A DNA stretch of 64,000 nt from an uncultured delta proteobacterium (GCA_963832165.1 CAWHTE010000004.1:352001-416000); one strand, 5' to 3'; shown: positions 41,269 to 51,361, counted from the stretch's first letter. Made by a program: numbers and translations. Notes: generated by a model from the letters alone, not told the origin.

Positions 41269-42592
41269 ATGAATCCGATTCGAACCTCGACTTCGATCGC
41301 GATCGGCACGTTGGCGTTGTTAGTCGCCGTCGCGGCGAACGCGCAAGGCACCTATTCGCTGACCGGCCGGGCCGCCACGGGCTCGGGCGCATTCGTCGAT
41401 CTGCCGGCGATCGGCAACGTGGTCTGTCCGTCGATCACGGGCATGATCGGTTTTCAGTCGAAGGCCGATGCGATGCTGACGTTCCCGCTGCTCCCCGCCA
41501 ACTTCACCGCGGGCGCCAGGCATAACCCGGGCGGATGCATTCCGGGCGGCCCGGTGGCCGTGGCGGTCAACGGCACCGGTGGATTCACCGTCCCGGTCGG
41601 GCTCTTCAACCAGCCTTATCCCGGGCGGCTCACCGGCGATGATCGCGACGAACGGGCCCGAGGATCTGCAGGTCTCTCCGGTTCCCAACATTCCGCAGCT
41701 CCTCCAGCTCGCGACGAGCTTCAAGTTCGAGGGCCCGTTCGCGGCACCCGTCACGCACGACCCCGTGCATCACGACCGCCGCGGACGCGGTGTTCCGTCG
41801 CTTGAAGCACGGTGCATGGGCGACGCAGACGGGCCGCCTGGCCAGCACCTTCACGGCGTGTGCACCGCCGCTCGACATGTTCGCGAGCGTCGACTGCACC
41901 TTCCCGAGCTCGGGGGCCGTCCCGGGCATCGTCAAGAACAAGGGCGGTGCCGCCGGTGCCGGCACCGGATTCGGCGGCACGATGGCGCTGGTGCTGACGA
42001 CCAGCCCGACCCAGGCATCGTCACTCGCAATCGCGATCGGCGGCGGCAAGGTGAGGTTCAACATCGTGGGCGGGATGGGCTCGCGCGCGGCCGGCCGCGG
42101 ATATGCGGACTACGACACCGACAAGCTCGTGGGTGGCGATGTATGGTCTGATGTACAAGCTGACGACGATGGTCCCGGCGCCCAACAACGTGATCGGAAT
42201 GGTCACGAGCAAGACCGGCATGAAGGGAGTCTCGGACACGAACATGAACTGGGGCTTCCCGTTCACGACCGGTGACATCATCGTGCGCGGCACCGGGACG
42301 GCCGGAGGCATGTTCGCGGGCCAGACGGTCACCGCGATGGGCTTCGACAAGGCCACGACGATGCTTCCCGACGTCAAGAGCGCGGGCGGCATGACGGTCA
42401 TGGTCCCGGGCGGCCGCCAGATCCAGCTCGTGGCGGGCGGCGTGGCACAGTCCCCGCTCTCCCAGGGCAACAACGGCACGCCGAACTACACGATCGTGCG
42501 GCTGCCCGAGCCGGCCCGGTCGATGCAGCTGCTCGCGGGCGCGGTCGGCTCTGTTCGCCATCGCAGTCTGGCGGGTGCGCAAGGCTCGTTAG
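41269..42592 (+). CDS. Gly/Thr-rich PEP-CTERM surface protein, several frameshifts
   Basis: GAGGAG RBS, signal peptide ..AANA-Q, GFPFTTG and IQLVAGG motifs, LPEPARSMQLLAG..LFAIAVWRVRKAR*. Confidence 0.75.
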
Positions 42593-42614
42593 TCGAATCT
42601 CTGCTCTCTCGAAT

Positions 42615-42646
42615 GAACGGGGCGGCCCTTGCGGGCCGCCCCGTTC
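42615..42646. terminator. Intrinsic terminator between convergent genes
   Basis: Perfect 14-bp stem GAACGGGGCGGCCC-TTGC-GGGCCGCCCCGTTC followed by CGTTT. Confidence 0.75.
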
Positions 42647-42672
42647 CGTTTCCAGCTTCGCAGCTTCGCGAA

Positions 42673-43923
42673 CTACCGAGCCGCCAGTGGCGATCCGCTG
42701 CGGATCACGGGCGGCACTCGCACGAAGCCCAGCGCCCCGGCCGCGACGGCCACCCAGCCGAGAAAGGCCCGCAGCGCCACGTCGTAGCTGCCGGTCGCGT
42801 CGAACGACCACGGCGCGAGCTGGAGCGCGGCCACGTTGAGCGGGAGCATCAGCGGTCCCATCGTTCCCATCACGCGCCCAAACGCTTCGCGCCCGAAGCA
42901 GTCGCCGATCAACGCCCCCCAGAGCGGCAGGAAGCCGCCCAGCGCAAAGCCGGCGACGCCGCTCGCGAGCACGAGCCAGCCGAAGCCGGGCCGGGCCAGC
43001 AGCACGCCGAGGAAGGCCGCGAGCAACGCCATCGCGGTCCAGACCAGCGCGCGCTTGCTGCGTCGATCCGCGATCGCGCCGAAGCCGAGCTTGCCGGCGA
43101 TTCCGCAGGCCGAGAGCGAAGAGAAGAGCAGCGAGGCGCGCTCGGCCGGGATGCCGAGGTCGGTCGCGTAGGCGTGCAGGTTCGTGAGCAGCCCGGCGAG
43201 GATCGCGAAGACGCTGCCGATCGCGATCGTGATTGCCAGGAAGTTGCGGTCGCGCAGCAGCGCAAGCGAGGTCTGTGCCGCGGGCGACGCGAACGCGGTC
43301 TGCACGCCGGGCTCCAGGGCATCGCCGTCGGGAGCGAGGCCGCGCTCCTCCGGGTGCCCGACCACCGTGAAGGCGAGAATCGGAAGCGCGAGCAGCACGA
43401 GTGCGGCCGCCATTGCGACTGCAGCTCCGCGCCAACCGAAGCGCTCGATCGCGAGCGCGAGCAGCGGCGGGATGGCGAAGCCCCCGAACGAGGTGCCGGT
43501 CGCGGAGATCCCGAGCGCGAACCCGCGGCGGCGCACGAACCAGTTGGCGACGAGCTTCGACGTGCTGAGCGGACCCGCGGCAACTGCGCCGGCGCCGACC
43601 AGGCCGGCGAACAGGAGCCCGAGCAGCCAGAGCTGCGGCGCGGCGGCGATCGCGGCGAAACCGACCGCCATGCCGAGCGCGCCGGCACACAGGACCGCGC
43701 GGATCGAGCCCCGGTCGAGGGCACGCCCTACGAAGGGGCCGAGCAGCGCCATCACGACGGCGAGACCCGAGTAACCCGACGCGACCTCGCTGCGCGAGGC
43801 GCCGAACTCCTCGGCGACCGGCTTCAGGAACAGCGGGAAGGCGTACTGCGTGAGTCCGACGGCGAACGCCTGGGCGATCACGGCGGCGGCCACGATCCAC
43901 CAGCCGTAGAAGACCGCCGTCAT
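42673..43923 (-). CDS. MFS transporter
   Basis: 12-TM pattern, GRALDRG motif A, WFVRRRGFALGI, FGRE.FG. Confidence 0.9.
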   Translation of the reverse strand: MTAVFYGWWIVAAAVIAQAFAVGLTQYAFPLFLKPVAEEFGASRSEVASGYSGLAVVMALLGPFVGRALDRGSIRAVLCAGALGMAVGFAAIAAAPQLWLLGLLFAGLVGAGAVAAGPLSTSKLVANWFVRRRGFALGISATGTSFGGFAIPPLLALAIERFGWRGAAVAMAAALVLLALPILAFTVVGHPEERGLAPDGDALEPGVQTAFASPAAQTSLALLRDRNFLAITIAIGSVFAILAGLLTNLHAYATDLGIPAERASLLFSSLSACGIAGKLGFGAIADRRSKRALVWTAMALLAAFLGVLLARPGFGWLVLASGVAGFALGGFLPLWGALIGDCFGREAFGRVMGTMGPLMLPLNVAALQLAPWSFDATGSYDVALRAFLGWVAVAAGALGFVRVPPVIRSGSPLAAR

Positions 43924-43962
43924 CCGCCAACACCGTAGCGCTGCATCCGCGACGCGTGCAGA

Positions 43963-44814
43963 TCAGTCGCGCTGCGGAGGCCACCCGGGAACGAGTCCGA
44001 GCGTCTTGCAGAGCTTCTGTGCCGACACGGTCTTGCCGTGCCACTCGCGCGCGGCCTCCTCACAGACGAGCCACGCGATCACGGCCGCGGGCACTTCGGG
44101 CGGTGCACCGCGCCACTGCGGGCCGAACTGCTCGAGCAGTCCGGTCGCCTTCACCATCTCGGTGACGATGAAGCCGGGCTCGACGTTGAAGAAGCGGAGC
44201 GGCGCCCTGCGATACTCGGCTGCCAACACGCCCACCAGGCGCGCGAACGCCGCCTTCGACGACGAGTAGGCGAAGCCCCAGCCGCCTTCGCCCGCGGGCG
44301 CCGTCGGATCGGTGAAGCCCGACTCGGAGACCATGTTCACGATCGTTCCGCGCCCGCGCGCGAGCATGCTCGGCAGCACGCGCTGCACGAGCCAGAGCGG
44401 TGCGAGCACGTTGCCGCGGTAGATCCGCTCCACGTTCTCGGCCGTGAGGTCGCGCACGAGGTCCATCACGCCCGCGGTCTGCACGATGCCGTTGTTCAAC
44501 AGCACTTCGATCGGACCCCAGCGCTTCTCGGTCTCGTCGACTGCGGCCGCGAGACTCGCCGCGTCCAGCAGATCGAGGCGCAGCGGAAGCGCGTCGCGAC
44601 CGCGCTCGCGCACGGCCGCGGCGGTCTCCTCGAGGCTGCCGGGCAGCGGGCGCAGGTCGGGGGTGCCCGCGGTGTTGCCGTGGTCGTGGAGCTCGCCGGG
44701 CGCGAGCGTGCGTGCGGTGAGCACCACGTCGAAGCCGCGCTCGGCGAGCTTCAGGGCCGCGCAGGCGCCGATGCCGCGGCTGGCGCCCGTGATGAAGGCG
44801 ATCCGGCGTTCCAT
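43963..44814 (-). CDS. SDR family oxidoreductase
   Basis: TGASRGIG, NNG, YSSSK. Confidence 0.9.
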   Translation of the reverse strand: MERRIAFITGASRGIGACAALKLAERGFDVVLTARTLAPGELHDHGNTAGTPDLRPLPGSLEETAAAVRERGRDALPLRLDLLDAASLAAAVDETEKRWGPIEVLLNNGIVQTAGVMDLVRDLTAENVERIYRGNVLAPLWLVQRVLPSMLARGRGTIVNMVSESGFTDPTAPAGEGGWGFAYSSSKAAFARLVGVLAAEYRRAPLRFFNVEPGFIVTEMVKATGLLEQFGPQWRGAPPEVPAAVIAWLVCEEAAREWHGKTVSAQKLCKTLGLVPGWPPQRD

Positions 44815-44832
44815 GGGCTCCTCTCTGATGGG

Positions 44833-45309
44833 CTATCTGCGCGATCCGCGCGAGAGCGCGGCGGCGAGTGCGCCGCCGATCATGCCCGCGGGCAGGATCA
44901 ACAACCACGCCGTGGCTTCCGCCCAGAACGGAGTCGCGGGATCCTGCGCCGTCGCGGGCTCGAGCGCCGTCAACAGCACGCCGAGCGCGGTGCTCGCCAC
45001 CGCGATCCAGCCGCCGTGGCGCACATGGAGCAGGCCCGCGCGGCGCGCACCCACGAATGCGCCGAGCACCGTGCACGCCGCGCCCAGCGCGAGATTCCCG
45101 GTCACGTACACACGCGACGCGTAGAGCTCGGTGAGCGTCTGGCGCAGCTCGGCCTCGTCGTGCGACATCAAGTCGGGCGCGAGCCACATCACGAACAGCG
45201 TCGAGGCGATCACGGTTGCGGCGATGTCGACGAACGCGCCGAGCAGGATCGCCGATGCGGAGAGACCCGTGAACATTCCCTCCGGCTCGATCGGCGCGCG
45301 CGGCATCAT
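44833..45309 (-). CDS. Small membrane protein (4 TM)
   Basis: Four hydrophobic segments, GAFVGARRA. Confidence 0.65.
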   Translation of the reverse strand: MMPRAPIEPEGMFTGLSASAILLGAFVDIAATVIASTLFVMWLAPDLMSHDEAELRQTLTELYASRVYVTGNLALGAACTVLGAFVGARRAGLLHVRHGGWIAVASTALGVLLTALEPATAQDPATPFWAEATAWLLILPAGMIGGALAAALSRGSRR

Positions 45310-45402
45310 CTCGCCCGATTCTAGTGCGTGTGCACTCGCTTGACGGCGTGCGCGACGCCGCGGATACTCGCGCTTGGTCAGTTGCCTAAGTTGGGAGCTC
45401 CG

Positions 45403-46068
45403 TTGGCCCGCAGCGACTCGCGCGAGCGGATCCTCGACGCAGCGGAGCGGCTGTTCGCCGAGCAGGGCGTGGCGGCCACTTCGCTGCGCGAGATCGGCGT
45501 GCACGCACAGGCGAATCCGGGCTCGATCTACTTCCACTGGAAGACCAAGGCCGAGCTCGTGCGCGACGTGTTCCGGCGCCGGCTCGAGCCGATCGACGCC
45601 GAGCGCGTGCGCCGACTCGACGCGGCTGAACGCGCGCATGCGCCCGACCCCGTGCCGCTCGACGAGGTGCTCGCGGCGCTGGTCGCGCCGATGCTCGGCA
45701 TGACGGGCAGCGCGGATCTCGTGAGACCGGGCTTCGTGCGGCTGCTCGGCCGCATCTACAACGAGCCCGACCGCGATCTCGTGCGGATGCTGCGCCGCGA
45801 TCACGGCGCGACGCTGGAGCGCTTCCGCACCGCGCTCGCGCGCGCGCTGCCCGACCTGCCCGAGGAGCAGCTGTTCGCGCGGTTCCACTTCGCACTGGGC
45901 GCGCTCGCGTACACGCTCGGCAGCGAGGCGAGCTCTCAGCTCGTGGCCGGGCGCCGACGCCGCCCGGTGTCCAGTCAGGACGTGCTGCGCGAGCTGATGC
46001 CGTTCCTCGTGGCGGGCTTCGCGGCGCCGCGCGCGGCGGGCGAAGAGACGCGGCGCGGCGCGGCGTGA
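45403..46068 (+). CDS. TetR family transcriptional regulator
   Basis: RERILDAAERLFAEQG..TSLREI....ANPGSIYFHWKTK.EL; TTG start after GGAG. Confidence 0.9.
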   Translation: MARSDSRERILDAAERLFAEQGVAATSLREIGVHAQANPGSIYFHWKTKAELVRDVFRRRLEPIDAERVRRLDAAERAHAPDPVPLDEVLAALVAPMLGMTGSADLVRPGFVRLLGRIYNEPDRDLVRMLRRDHGATLERFRTALARALPDLPEEQLFARFHFALGALAYTLGSEASSQLVAGRRRRPVSSQDVLRELMPFLVAGFAAPRAAGEETRRGAA

Positions 46069-47150
46069 GTGGAGGCACGGTGACGCATCCCGCGCTGCAC
46101 ACGGCTCTCTGCGATCTGGCCGGTGTTCGCTACCCGATCGTGCAGACGGGCATGGGCTGGGTCGCGAGTGCTTCGCTCGTCTCCGCGACCGCCAACGCGG
46201 GCGGACTCGGCATCATCGCCTCGGCCACGATGGACCTGCGCCAGCTCGCCGACGCGATCGCCGAGACGAAGAGCCGCACCGATCGCCCGTTCGGCGTGAA
46301 CCTGCGCTCCGACGCACCCGACGTGATGGAGCGCGCCGAGCTCATGGTGAAGGAGGGCGTGCGCGTCGCCTCGTTCGCGCTCGCGCCCAGCGAGCGGCTC
46401 ATGAAGGGGCTCAAGGATCAGGGCCTCGTCTGCATCCCGTCGATCGGCGCGAAGCGCCACGCCGAGAAGGTCGCGGGCTGGGGTGCGGACGCGGTGATCG
46501 TGCAGGGCGGCGAGGCGGGTGGTCACACGGGCAGCGTGCCCACGACCGTGCTGCTGCCGCAGGTGGTCGACGCGGTCGACATTCCCGTGATCGCCGCAGG
46601 CGGCTTCTTCGATGGGCGCGGACTGGTCGCCGCGCTCGCCTACGGCGCGGTCGGTATCGCGATGGGCACGCGCTTCCTGCTGACGAGCGACTCTCCGGTG
46701 CCGGACGCGATCAAGGCGATCTACCTCGCGAAGGGCGTCACCGATACGATCGTGACCACGCAGGTGGACGGTCACCCGCACCGCGTGCTGCGCACGGAGT
46801 TCGTCGACCGGCTCGTCGAGACCAACGCGCTCACGAGCCTGCCGCGCGCCCTCGCGAACGCGCTGCGCTTCAAGAAGTTGCTCGGCACGCCGTGGCGGGA
46901 GCTCATCCGCGAGGCGATCTCGATGAAGCGCAGCCAGGAGCTCTCCTGGAGTCAGGTGGTGATGGCCGCCAATGCGCCGATGCTGCTGCGCGCGTCGATG
47001 GTCGAGGGCAACGTCGCGTCGGGCGTGATGGCGGGCGGACAGGTCACCGGACTGATCGGGGATCTGCCGAGCTGCGCCGAGCTGATCGACCGCATCGTGC
47101 GCGAGGCCGACGATATCCTGTGCGGCTTCTCCGCGGGCGCACGGACCTAG
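46065..47150 (+). CDS. ipdC: FMN-dependent enoyl-CoA reductase, nitronate monooxygenase family (IpdC-like)
   Basis: PIVQTGMGWVA, VSATANAGGLGI.ASATM, VRVASFALAP, GGHTG, ELSWSQV.MAAN.PMLL match mycobacterial Rv3553 from memory. Confidence 0.8.
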   Translation: MSGGTVTHPALHTALCDLAGVRYPIVQTGMGWVASASLVSATANAGGLGIIASATMDLRQLADAIAETKSRTDRPFGVNLRSDAPDVMERAELMVKEGVRVASFALAPSERLMKGLKDQGLVCIPSIGAKRHAEKVAGWGADAVIVQGGEAGGHTGSVPTTVLLPQVVDAVDIPVIAAGGFFDGRGLVAALAYGAVGIAMGTRFLLTSDSPVPDAIKAIYLAKGVTDTIVTTQVDGHPHRVLRTEFVDRLVETNALTSLPRALANALRFKKLLGTPWRELIREAISMKRSQELSWSQVVMAANAPMLLRASMVEGNVASGVMAGGQVTGLIGDLPSCAELIDRIVREADDILCGFSAGART

Positions 47151-47151
47151 C

Positions 47152-47883
47152 GTGAACGTCGCGGCGTCTGCGCCCGTGATCCCCGTGCGGCCCGCCGCGA
47201 CGGTGATGATCGTCGACGGCCGGCCCGATCTGCACGTGCTGCTGCTGCGCCGGCGCGCGCAGTCGGAGTTCGTGCCGGGCATGGACGTCTTCCCGGGCGG
47301 CGGCGTCGATGCGGACGACGCGGTCTCTACCTCGATCGGCGGCGAGCTCAGCGATGCCGGCGCGAGCGCGCGCCTCGGCCTCGCGAGCGGGGGCCTCGCG
47401 TACTGGGCGGCGGCCGTGCGCGAGACGTTCGAGGAGGCGGGTCTCGCGCTCGCAGTCGGAACGCTCTTCTACGCCGCGCGCTGGATCACCCCGCTCGGTC
47501 CGCCGCGCCGCTATGACACGCGCTTCTTCGTCGCGGCGCTGCCGCCGGGCCAGACGGCCGTGGCCGACCAGACCGAGGCCGTGCACGCGGAGTGGGTGCG
47601 GCCATCGGACGCGCTCGCGGACTTCCGCGCGGGCCGGCGCGCGATGCTGCCGCCGACCGCGGGCATGCTCCAGATCCTCGCGAGCTATCCGGATTGCGCC
47701 GCGCTGCTCGCGGCCGCGGAGCGCGCCGAGTCGGGTCCCGACCAGCGCGTGCGCCTCGCGAGCGAGGCCGGCGGTGCGTGGCGCGTGATCTTGCCCGGAG
47801 AGAACCCGAGCGACGAGGAGTCGGGCGCGCGCATCATGGAGCTCGAGGCCTGGGTGCGGCTGTGCCCGCGCAGAGGGGGCTGA
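47152..47883 (+). CDS. NUDIX hydrolase (Nudt19-like)
   Basis: RPAATV, VFPGGGVD, AAVRETFEEAG, WITP..PPRRYDTRFF. Confidence 0.88.
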   Translation: MNVAASAPVIPVRPAATVMIVDGRPDLHVLLLRRRAQSEFVPGMDVFPGGGVDADDAVSTSIGGELSDAGASARLGLASGGLAYWAAAVRETFEEAGLALAVGTLFYAARWITPLGPPRRYDTRFFVAALPPGQTAVADQTEAVHAEWVRPSDALADFRAGRRAMLPPTAGMLQILASYPDCAALLAAAERAESGPDQRVRLASEAGGAWRVILPGENPSDEESGARIMELEAWVRLCPRRGG

Positions 47884-47886
47884 GTC

Positions 47887-48681
47887 ATGGGAAGAGTCGA
47901 GGGCAAGGTCGCGATCGTGACCGGCGCGGCGCGCGGCACCGGCGAGGCGACGGCGCGCCTGCTCGCGCGCGAGGGCGCGCGCGTGGTGCTCGCAGACGTG
48001 CTCGAGGAGCGCGCGAGGCTGGTCGCGAAGGAGATCGGCCCCGCGGCGGTCGCCCTGCGGCTCGACGTCACTTCGGAAGACGACTGGCGCCGTGTGGTCG
48101 ACTCCACCGAGGCGCTCGAGGGCCGGATCGACGTGCTCGTGAACAACGCGGCGGTGCTGCACATGGCCGCGATCGAGGACACCGAGCTCGCCGAATACGA
48201 GCGCGTGGTGCGCGTGAACCAGGTCGGCACGTTCCTCGGCATCAAGGCGGTGGCGCCCGCGATGAAGCGCGCGGGCCGCGGCTCGATCGTGAACGTGGCC
48301 TCGATCGACGGCATGAGCGCGAAGAACGGCATCATCGCCTACGCCGCGAGCAAGTGGGCGGTGCGCGGGATGACGCGCGTGGCGGCGCTCGAGCTCGGGC
48401 GCCAGGGCATCCGCGTGAACGCGGTCTGCCCCGAAGCCGGCAACGCCGAGATGATGCGCCCGTACGTGCCCGTGGAGATCGACGTGGAGCTCGCGGCGTC
48501 GTTCCAGCAGCGCATCCTCGCGACCCAGAAGAGCCGCTCGCTCGCCGAGAAGATCGGCGACGTGGCCCAGATGATCCTGTTCCTGGCGTCGGACGACAGC
48601 GCTTCGTGCACGGGTACCGACTTCCTCGTCGACGGCGGGAACCTCGCGGGCACGCGCATCAAGGGCGCGCCCGGCGCCTAG
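47887..48681 (+). CDS. SDR, 3-alpha(20-beta)-hydroxysteroid dehydrogenase-like
   Basis: MGRVEGKVAIVTGAARGTG, NNAA, NQVGTFLG, YAASKWAVRGMT. Confidence 0.88.
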   Translation: MGRVEGKVAIVTGAARGTGEATARLLAREGARVVLADVLEERARLVAKEIGPAAVALRLDVTSEDDWRRVVDSTEALEGRIDVLVNNAAVLHMAAIEDTELAEYERVVRVNQVGTFLGIKAVAPAMKRAGRGSIVNVASIDGMSAKNGIIAYAASKWAVRGMTRVAALELGRQGIRVNAVCPEAGNAEMMRPYVPVEIDVELAASFQQRILATQKSRSLAEKIGDVAQMILFLASDDSASCTGTDFLVDGGNLAGTRIKGAPGA

Positions 48682-48699
48682 CGGCCGCACCGGCATCCC

Positions 48700-49920
48700 A
48701 TGCGCGATCTGCTCGGCGACCTGCGCGGTCGTGCGCTCTGGGTGGTGGTCGGCTGCATGATCTGTCAGTTCGGTCCGGGCTTCGGCTACGCGATCGGTGC
48801 GCTCGCCCCCGACATGCTGGCGGAGCTCGGGTGGGATCGGGCGACCTACTCCTCGGTGCAGGGGCTGCCCCAGACGCTCCTGATCGCATTCACGAGCCCG
48901 CTCGTGGGCTACCTCGTCGGCCGCTACGGCGGCCGCATCGTGCTCGCGTGTGCCTGCGTCGCGCTCGGCATCGGCTACTCGCTCATGGCCGGCATGGAGG
49001 CCCCGTGGCAGTTCGCGCTGGCGAGCGCGGTGATCGGCTTCGGCGTGGCGGGGGTCGGCGACATCACCGCCGGGGCCACCGTGGCGCGCTGGGTCACGCG
49101 CTCGCGCGGGCTAGCGCTCGGCATCGTGTATACAGGTTCGAATCTCGGCGGCACGATCGCCACGCGCGGCGTCGCCGCGCTCGCCGACGTGACCACCTGG
49201 CGCATGGCGGTGGCCGCGATGGCGATGAGCTGCGCCTTCGTGCTGCTGCCCGCTGCTTGGTTCGCGGTGCGCGACCGCGCCGCCCCGGCGGCGGTCGAGG
49301 TGGACGACGCGCCCGCGAGCGGAAGCGAGGGCGATCTCGACTCGCGCGCGGCGCTTCGCACGCGCAGCTTCTGGATCATCGCGCTCGGACTGCTCGGCTT
49401 CTGGGTGTACCTGTACGCGATGCTCCAGCACTGCGTGCTCGCGCTCGTCGACGCGGGCATTCCGCGCGAGAGCGCCGCGTCCCACTGGGCCAACCTCGTA
49501 GCCATGGGCATGTTCAGCAAGATCGCGTTCGGCTGGATCGCCGATCGCGTCGCGCCCAAGACGGCACTGCTGATCGACTACGGGCTGATCGCCGTGTCCG
49601 CGCTGCTGCTCCTGGGTGTGTCGGCCACCAACACGGCCACGGTATGGGCCTTCGTGCTGCTGTTCGGCTTCGCCTACGCCGCGCGCGACATCGTCACGCC
49701 GCTGATCATCGTGCACTGCTTCGGGCCACGGAACCTGGCTCAGATCTACGGCCTGCTCATGCTCACGATCCTGCCCGGCAGCGCCGGCGGGATCTTCGCG
49801 GGCTGGGTCTACGACGTGACCGGGTCCTACGCGCCCGCGTTCACGGCGCTCGCCGGCGTCAGCGCCGCGACGTTCGCGCTGTTGTTCGCGGTGCGCGACG
49901 AGCGCCCGTCGACCGCGTGA
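48700..49920 (+). CDS. MFS transporter
   Basis: 12-TM pattern, GWIADRV, GWVYDVTGSY. Confidence 0.88.
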   Translation: MRDLLGDLRGRALWVVVGCMICQFGPGFGYAIGALAPDMLAELGWDRATYSSVQGLPQTLLIAFTSPLVGYLVGRYGGRIVLACACVALGIGYSLMAGMEAPWQFALASAVIGFGVAGVGDITAGATVARWVTRSRGLALGIVYTGSNLGGTIATRGVAALADVTTWRMAVAAMAMSCAFVLLPAAWFAVRDRAAPAAVEVDDAPASGSEGDLDSRAALRTRSFWIIALGLLGFWVYLYAMLQHCVLALVDAGIPRESAASHWANLVAMGMFSKIAFGWIADRVAPKTALLIDYGLIAVSALLLLGVSATNTATVWAFVLLFGFAYAARDIVTPLIIVHCFGPRNLAQIYGLLMLTILPGSAGGIFAGWVYDVTGSYAPAFTALAGVSAATFALLFAVRDERPSTA

Positions 49921-49929
49921 GGAATCGGA

Positions 49930-50229
49930 TCAACGGCTCTCGGCGAATTCGTCGATGTCCCAGAGCGCCTCGCGCATGGCCTCGGCGTCCGGGTCCTCGC
50001 TCCCGCGAACTTCGGCGAGACACACCACCGCTTCTTGCTCGCTCGTGCTCATGTCGCCGCCGAGGATCTGCTTGAGCTGATCGCTGTCGAGATCGCTCGG
50101 CTCGTTGCCCTCGAAGATGCCCTCGCGACAAGCCTCCACGAGTGCTTCGCACGCGGAGTCGATGTCGTCGGTATCCCAGCCCATCTCGTGGAGGTGGATC
50201 AGCGCATCTTCCCAGTTCGAATCCGCCAT
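49930..50229 (-). CDS. Small highly acidic hypothetical protein
   Basis: 99 aa, purine-rich RBS (GAGGAGAAGG), GC3-biased codons. Confidence 0.7.
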   Translation of the reverse strand: MADSNWEDALIHLHEMGWDTDDIDSACEALVEACREGIFEGNEPSDLDSDQLKQILGGDMSTSEQEAVVCLAEVRGSEDPDAEAMREALWDIDEFAESR

Positions 50230-50345
50230 CGCCTTCTCCTCTCGTCGGTCCCGTCGAGCGTCGCCCCGTTAGGCGCTCAGCCGTGCTAGCGCACGTGCTC
50301 GCATCGGCTGATTCCCTGGTCGGCTGAACGCCGATCGGATCTTCT

Positions 50346-50461
50346 GAGAAGTCCTGTGTCGGGGCCTTCGAGGCGATCCGAGGGGAACAGTGCCGACCTG
50401 GCCTTGTCCCCGATTCGGTGCACCGAAGGCGGCCGTTGCGACCGGGATACACGAACTTCTC
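50346..50461. ncRNA. Candidate structured RNA or MITE-like long hairpin
   Basis: Nested complementary segments GAGAAGT/ACTTCTC, TGTGTC/GATACA, GCCTTCG/CGAAGGC, CCGA/TCGG, GGGGA/TCCCC. Confidence 0.35.
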
Positions 50462-50541
50462 GACTCGCGAAAGGGTTTGTTTCATCGTGCTACCCCGGGG
50501 GCGGGTCCGTGCGCGACCCGTGTCCCAAAATGGGAGCGCCC

Positions 50542-51306
50542 ATGAACGAGATCCTCCGCTTCGAAACCCCGGAAGACGGCATCGCCGTGCTCACGATGAG
50601 CCGGCCCGAGCGGCTCAACGCGCTGAACCGGCCGTTGCTCGACGCACTCGGTGACGCAGTGCACCGGATCGCCTCCGACGATGCGATCCGGGTGTTCCTG
50701 CTGCGCGGCGCGGCGCGCGCCGACGGCCGGCCGTGCTTTTCGGCCGGTGTCGACCTGCGCGGGTTCGCGGAAGGGCAGGGGGTCGGTATCGATCAGGGCT
50801 TCCGGCTCACCCAGGCGCTCGACGATCTTCCCAAACCGTCGATCGCGGTGATCGACGGCATCTGCACCACGGGTGCGGCCGAGATCGCCGTGGCATGTCA
50901 CCTGCGGCTCGTGGGAGCCGCCGCGCGCATCAGCGACTGGCACCTCAAGAATCTCGGCACGGGGCTCGGTGCCTGGGGGGCTGCGACGCGCTGGGCGCGC
51001 CTGGTCGGCAGCGCGCGCGCCAAGGAGCTGTTCCTGACCGGACGCGAGATCGGCGCGGACGAGGCGGTGCGGATCGGCTTCGCGAGCGCCGCCCATCCGT
51101 CGGAGCGGCTGTACGACGAGGCGCTCGCGATGGCGCGCACGATCGCGGCGATGGACCCGCGCGGCGTCGCGCTCACGCTGGCGCACCTCTCGCGCACCGA
51201 CGACTGGACGCGCGAGGAGTCGCTGCGCTTTGCGCAGCTCGCGCCGCGCTGGTTCGGCGTCGGCGGCGACATCGCGTCGAAGGGCGCGCAGATCCTCGGG
51301 AAGTAG
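50542..51306 (+). CDS. Enoyl-CoA hydratase/isomerase family protein
   Basis: RPERLNALN, FSAGVDL, KPSIAVIDG, AKELFLTGR. Confidence 0.9.
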   Translation: MNEILRFETPEDGIAVLTMSRPERLNALNRPLLDALGDAVHRIASDDAIRVFLLRGAARADGRPCFSAGVDLRGFAEGQGVGIDQGFRLTQALDDLPKPSIAVIDGICTTGAAEIAVACHLRLVGAAARISDWHLKNLGTGLGAWGAATRWARLVGSARAKELFLTGREIGADEAVRIGFASAAHPSERLYDEALAMARTIAAMDPRGVALTLAHLSRTDDWTREESLRFAQLAPRWFGVGGDIASKGAQILGK

Positions 51307-51361
51307 CGGCAAATCGCCCGCTCGGCGTACCGTATCGCCCCTGCGCGACGCGGAGGCGAAG

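Noticed and set aside
50346..50461. SRP RNA, 6S RNA or c-di-GMP riboswitch
   Set aside because: Conserved motifs of these RNAs not found by eye; kept only as an unassigned hairpin
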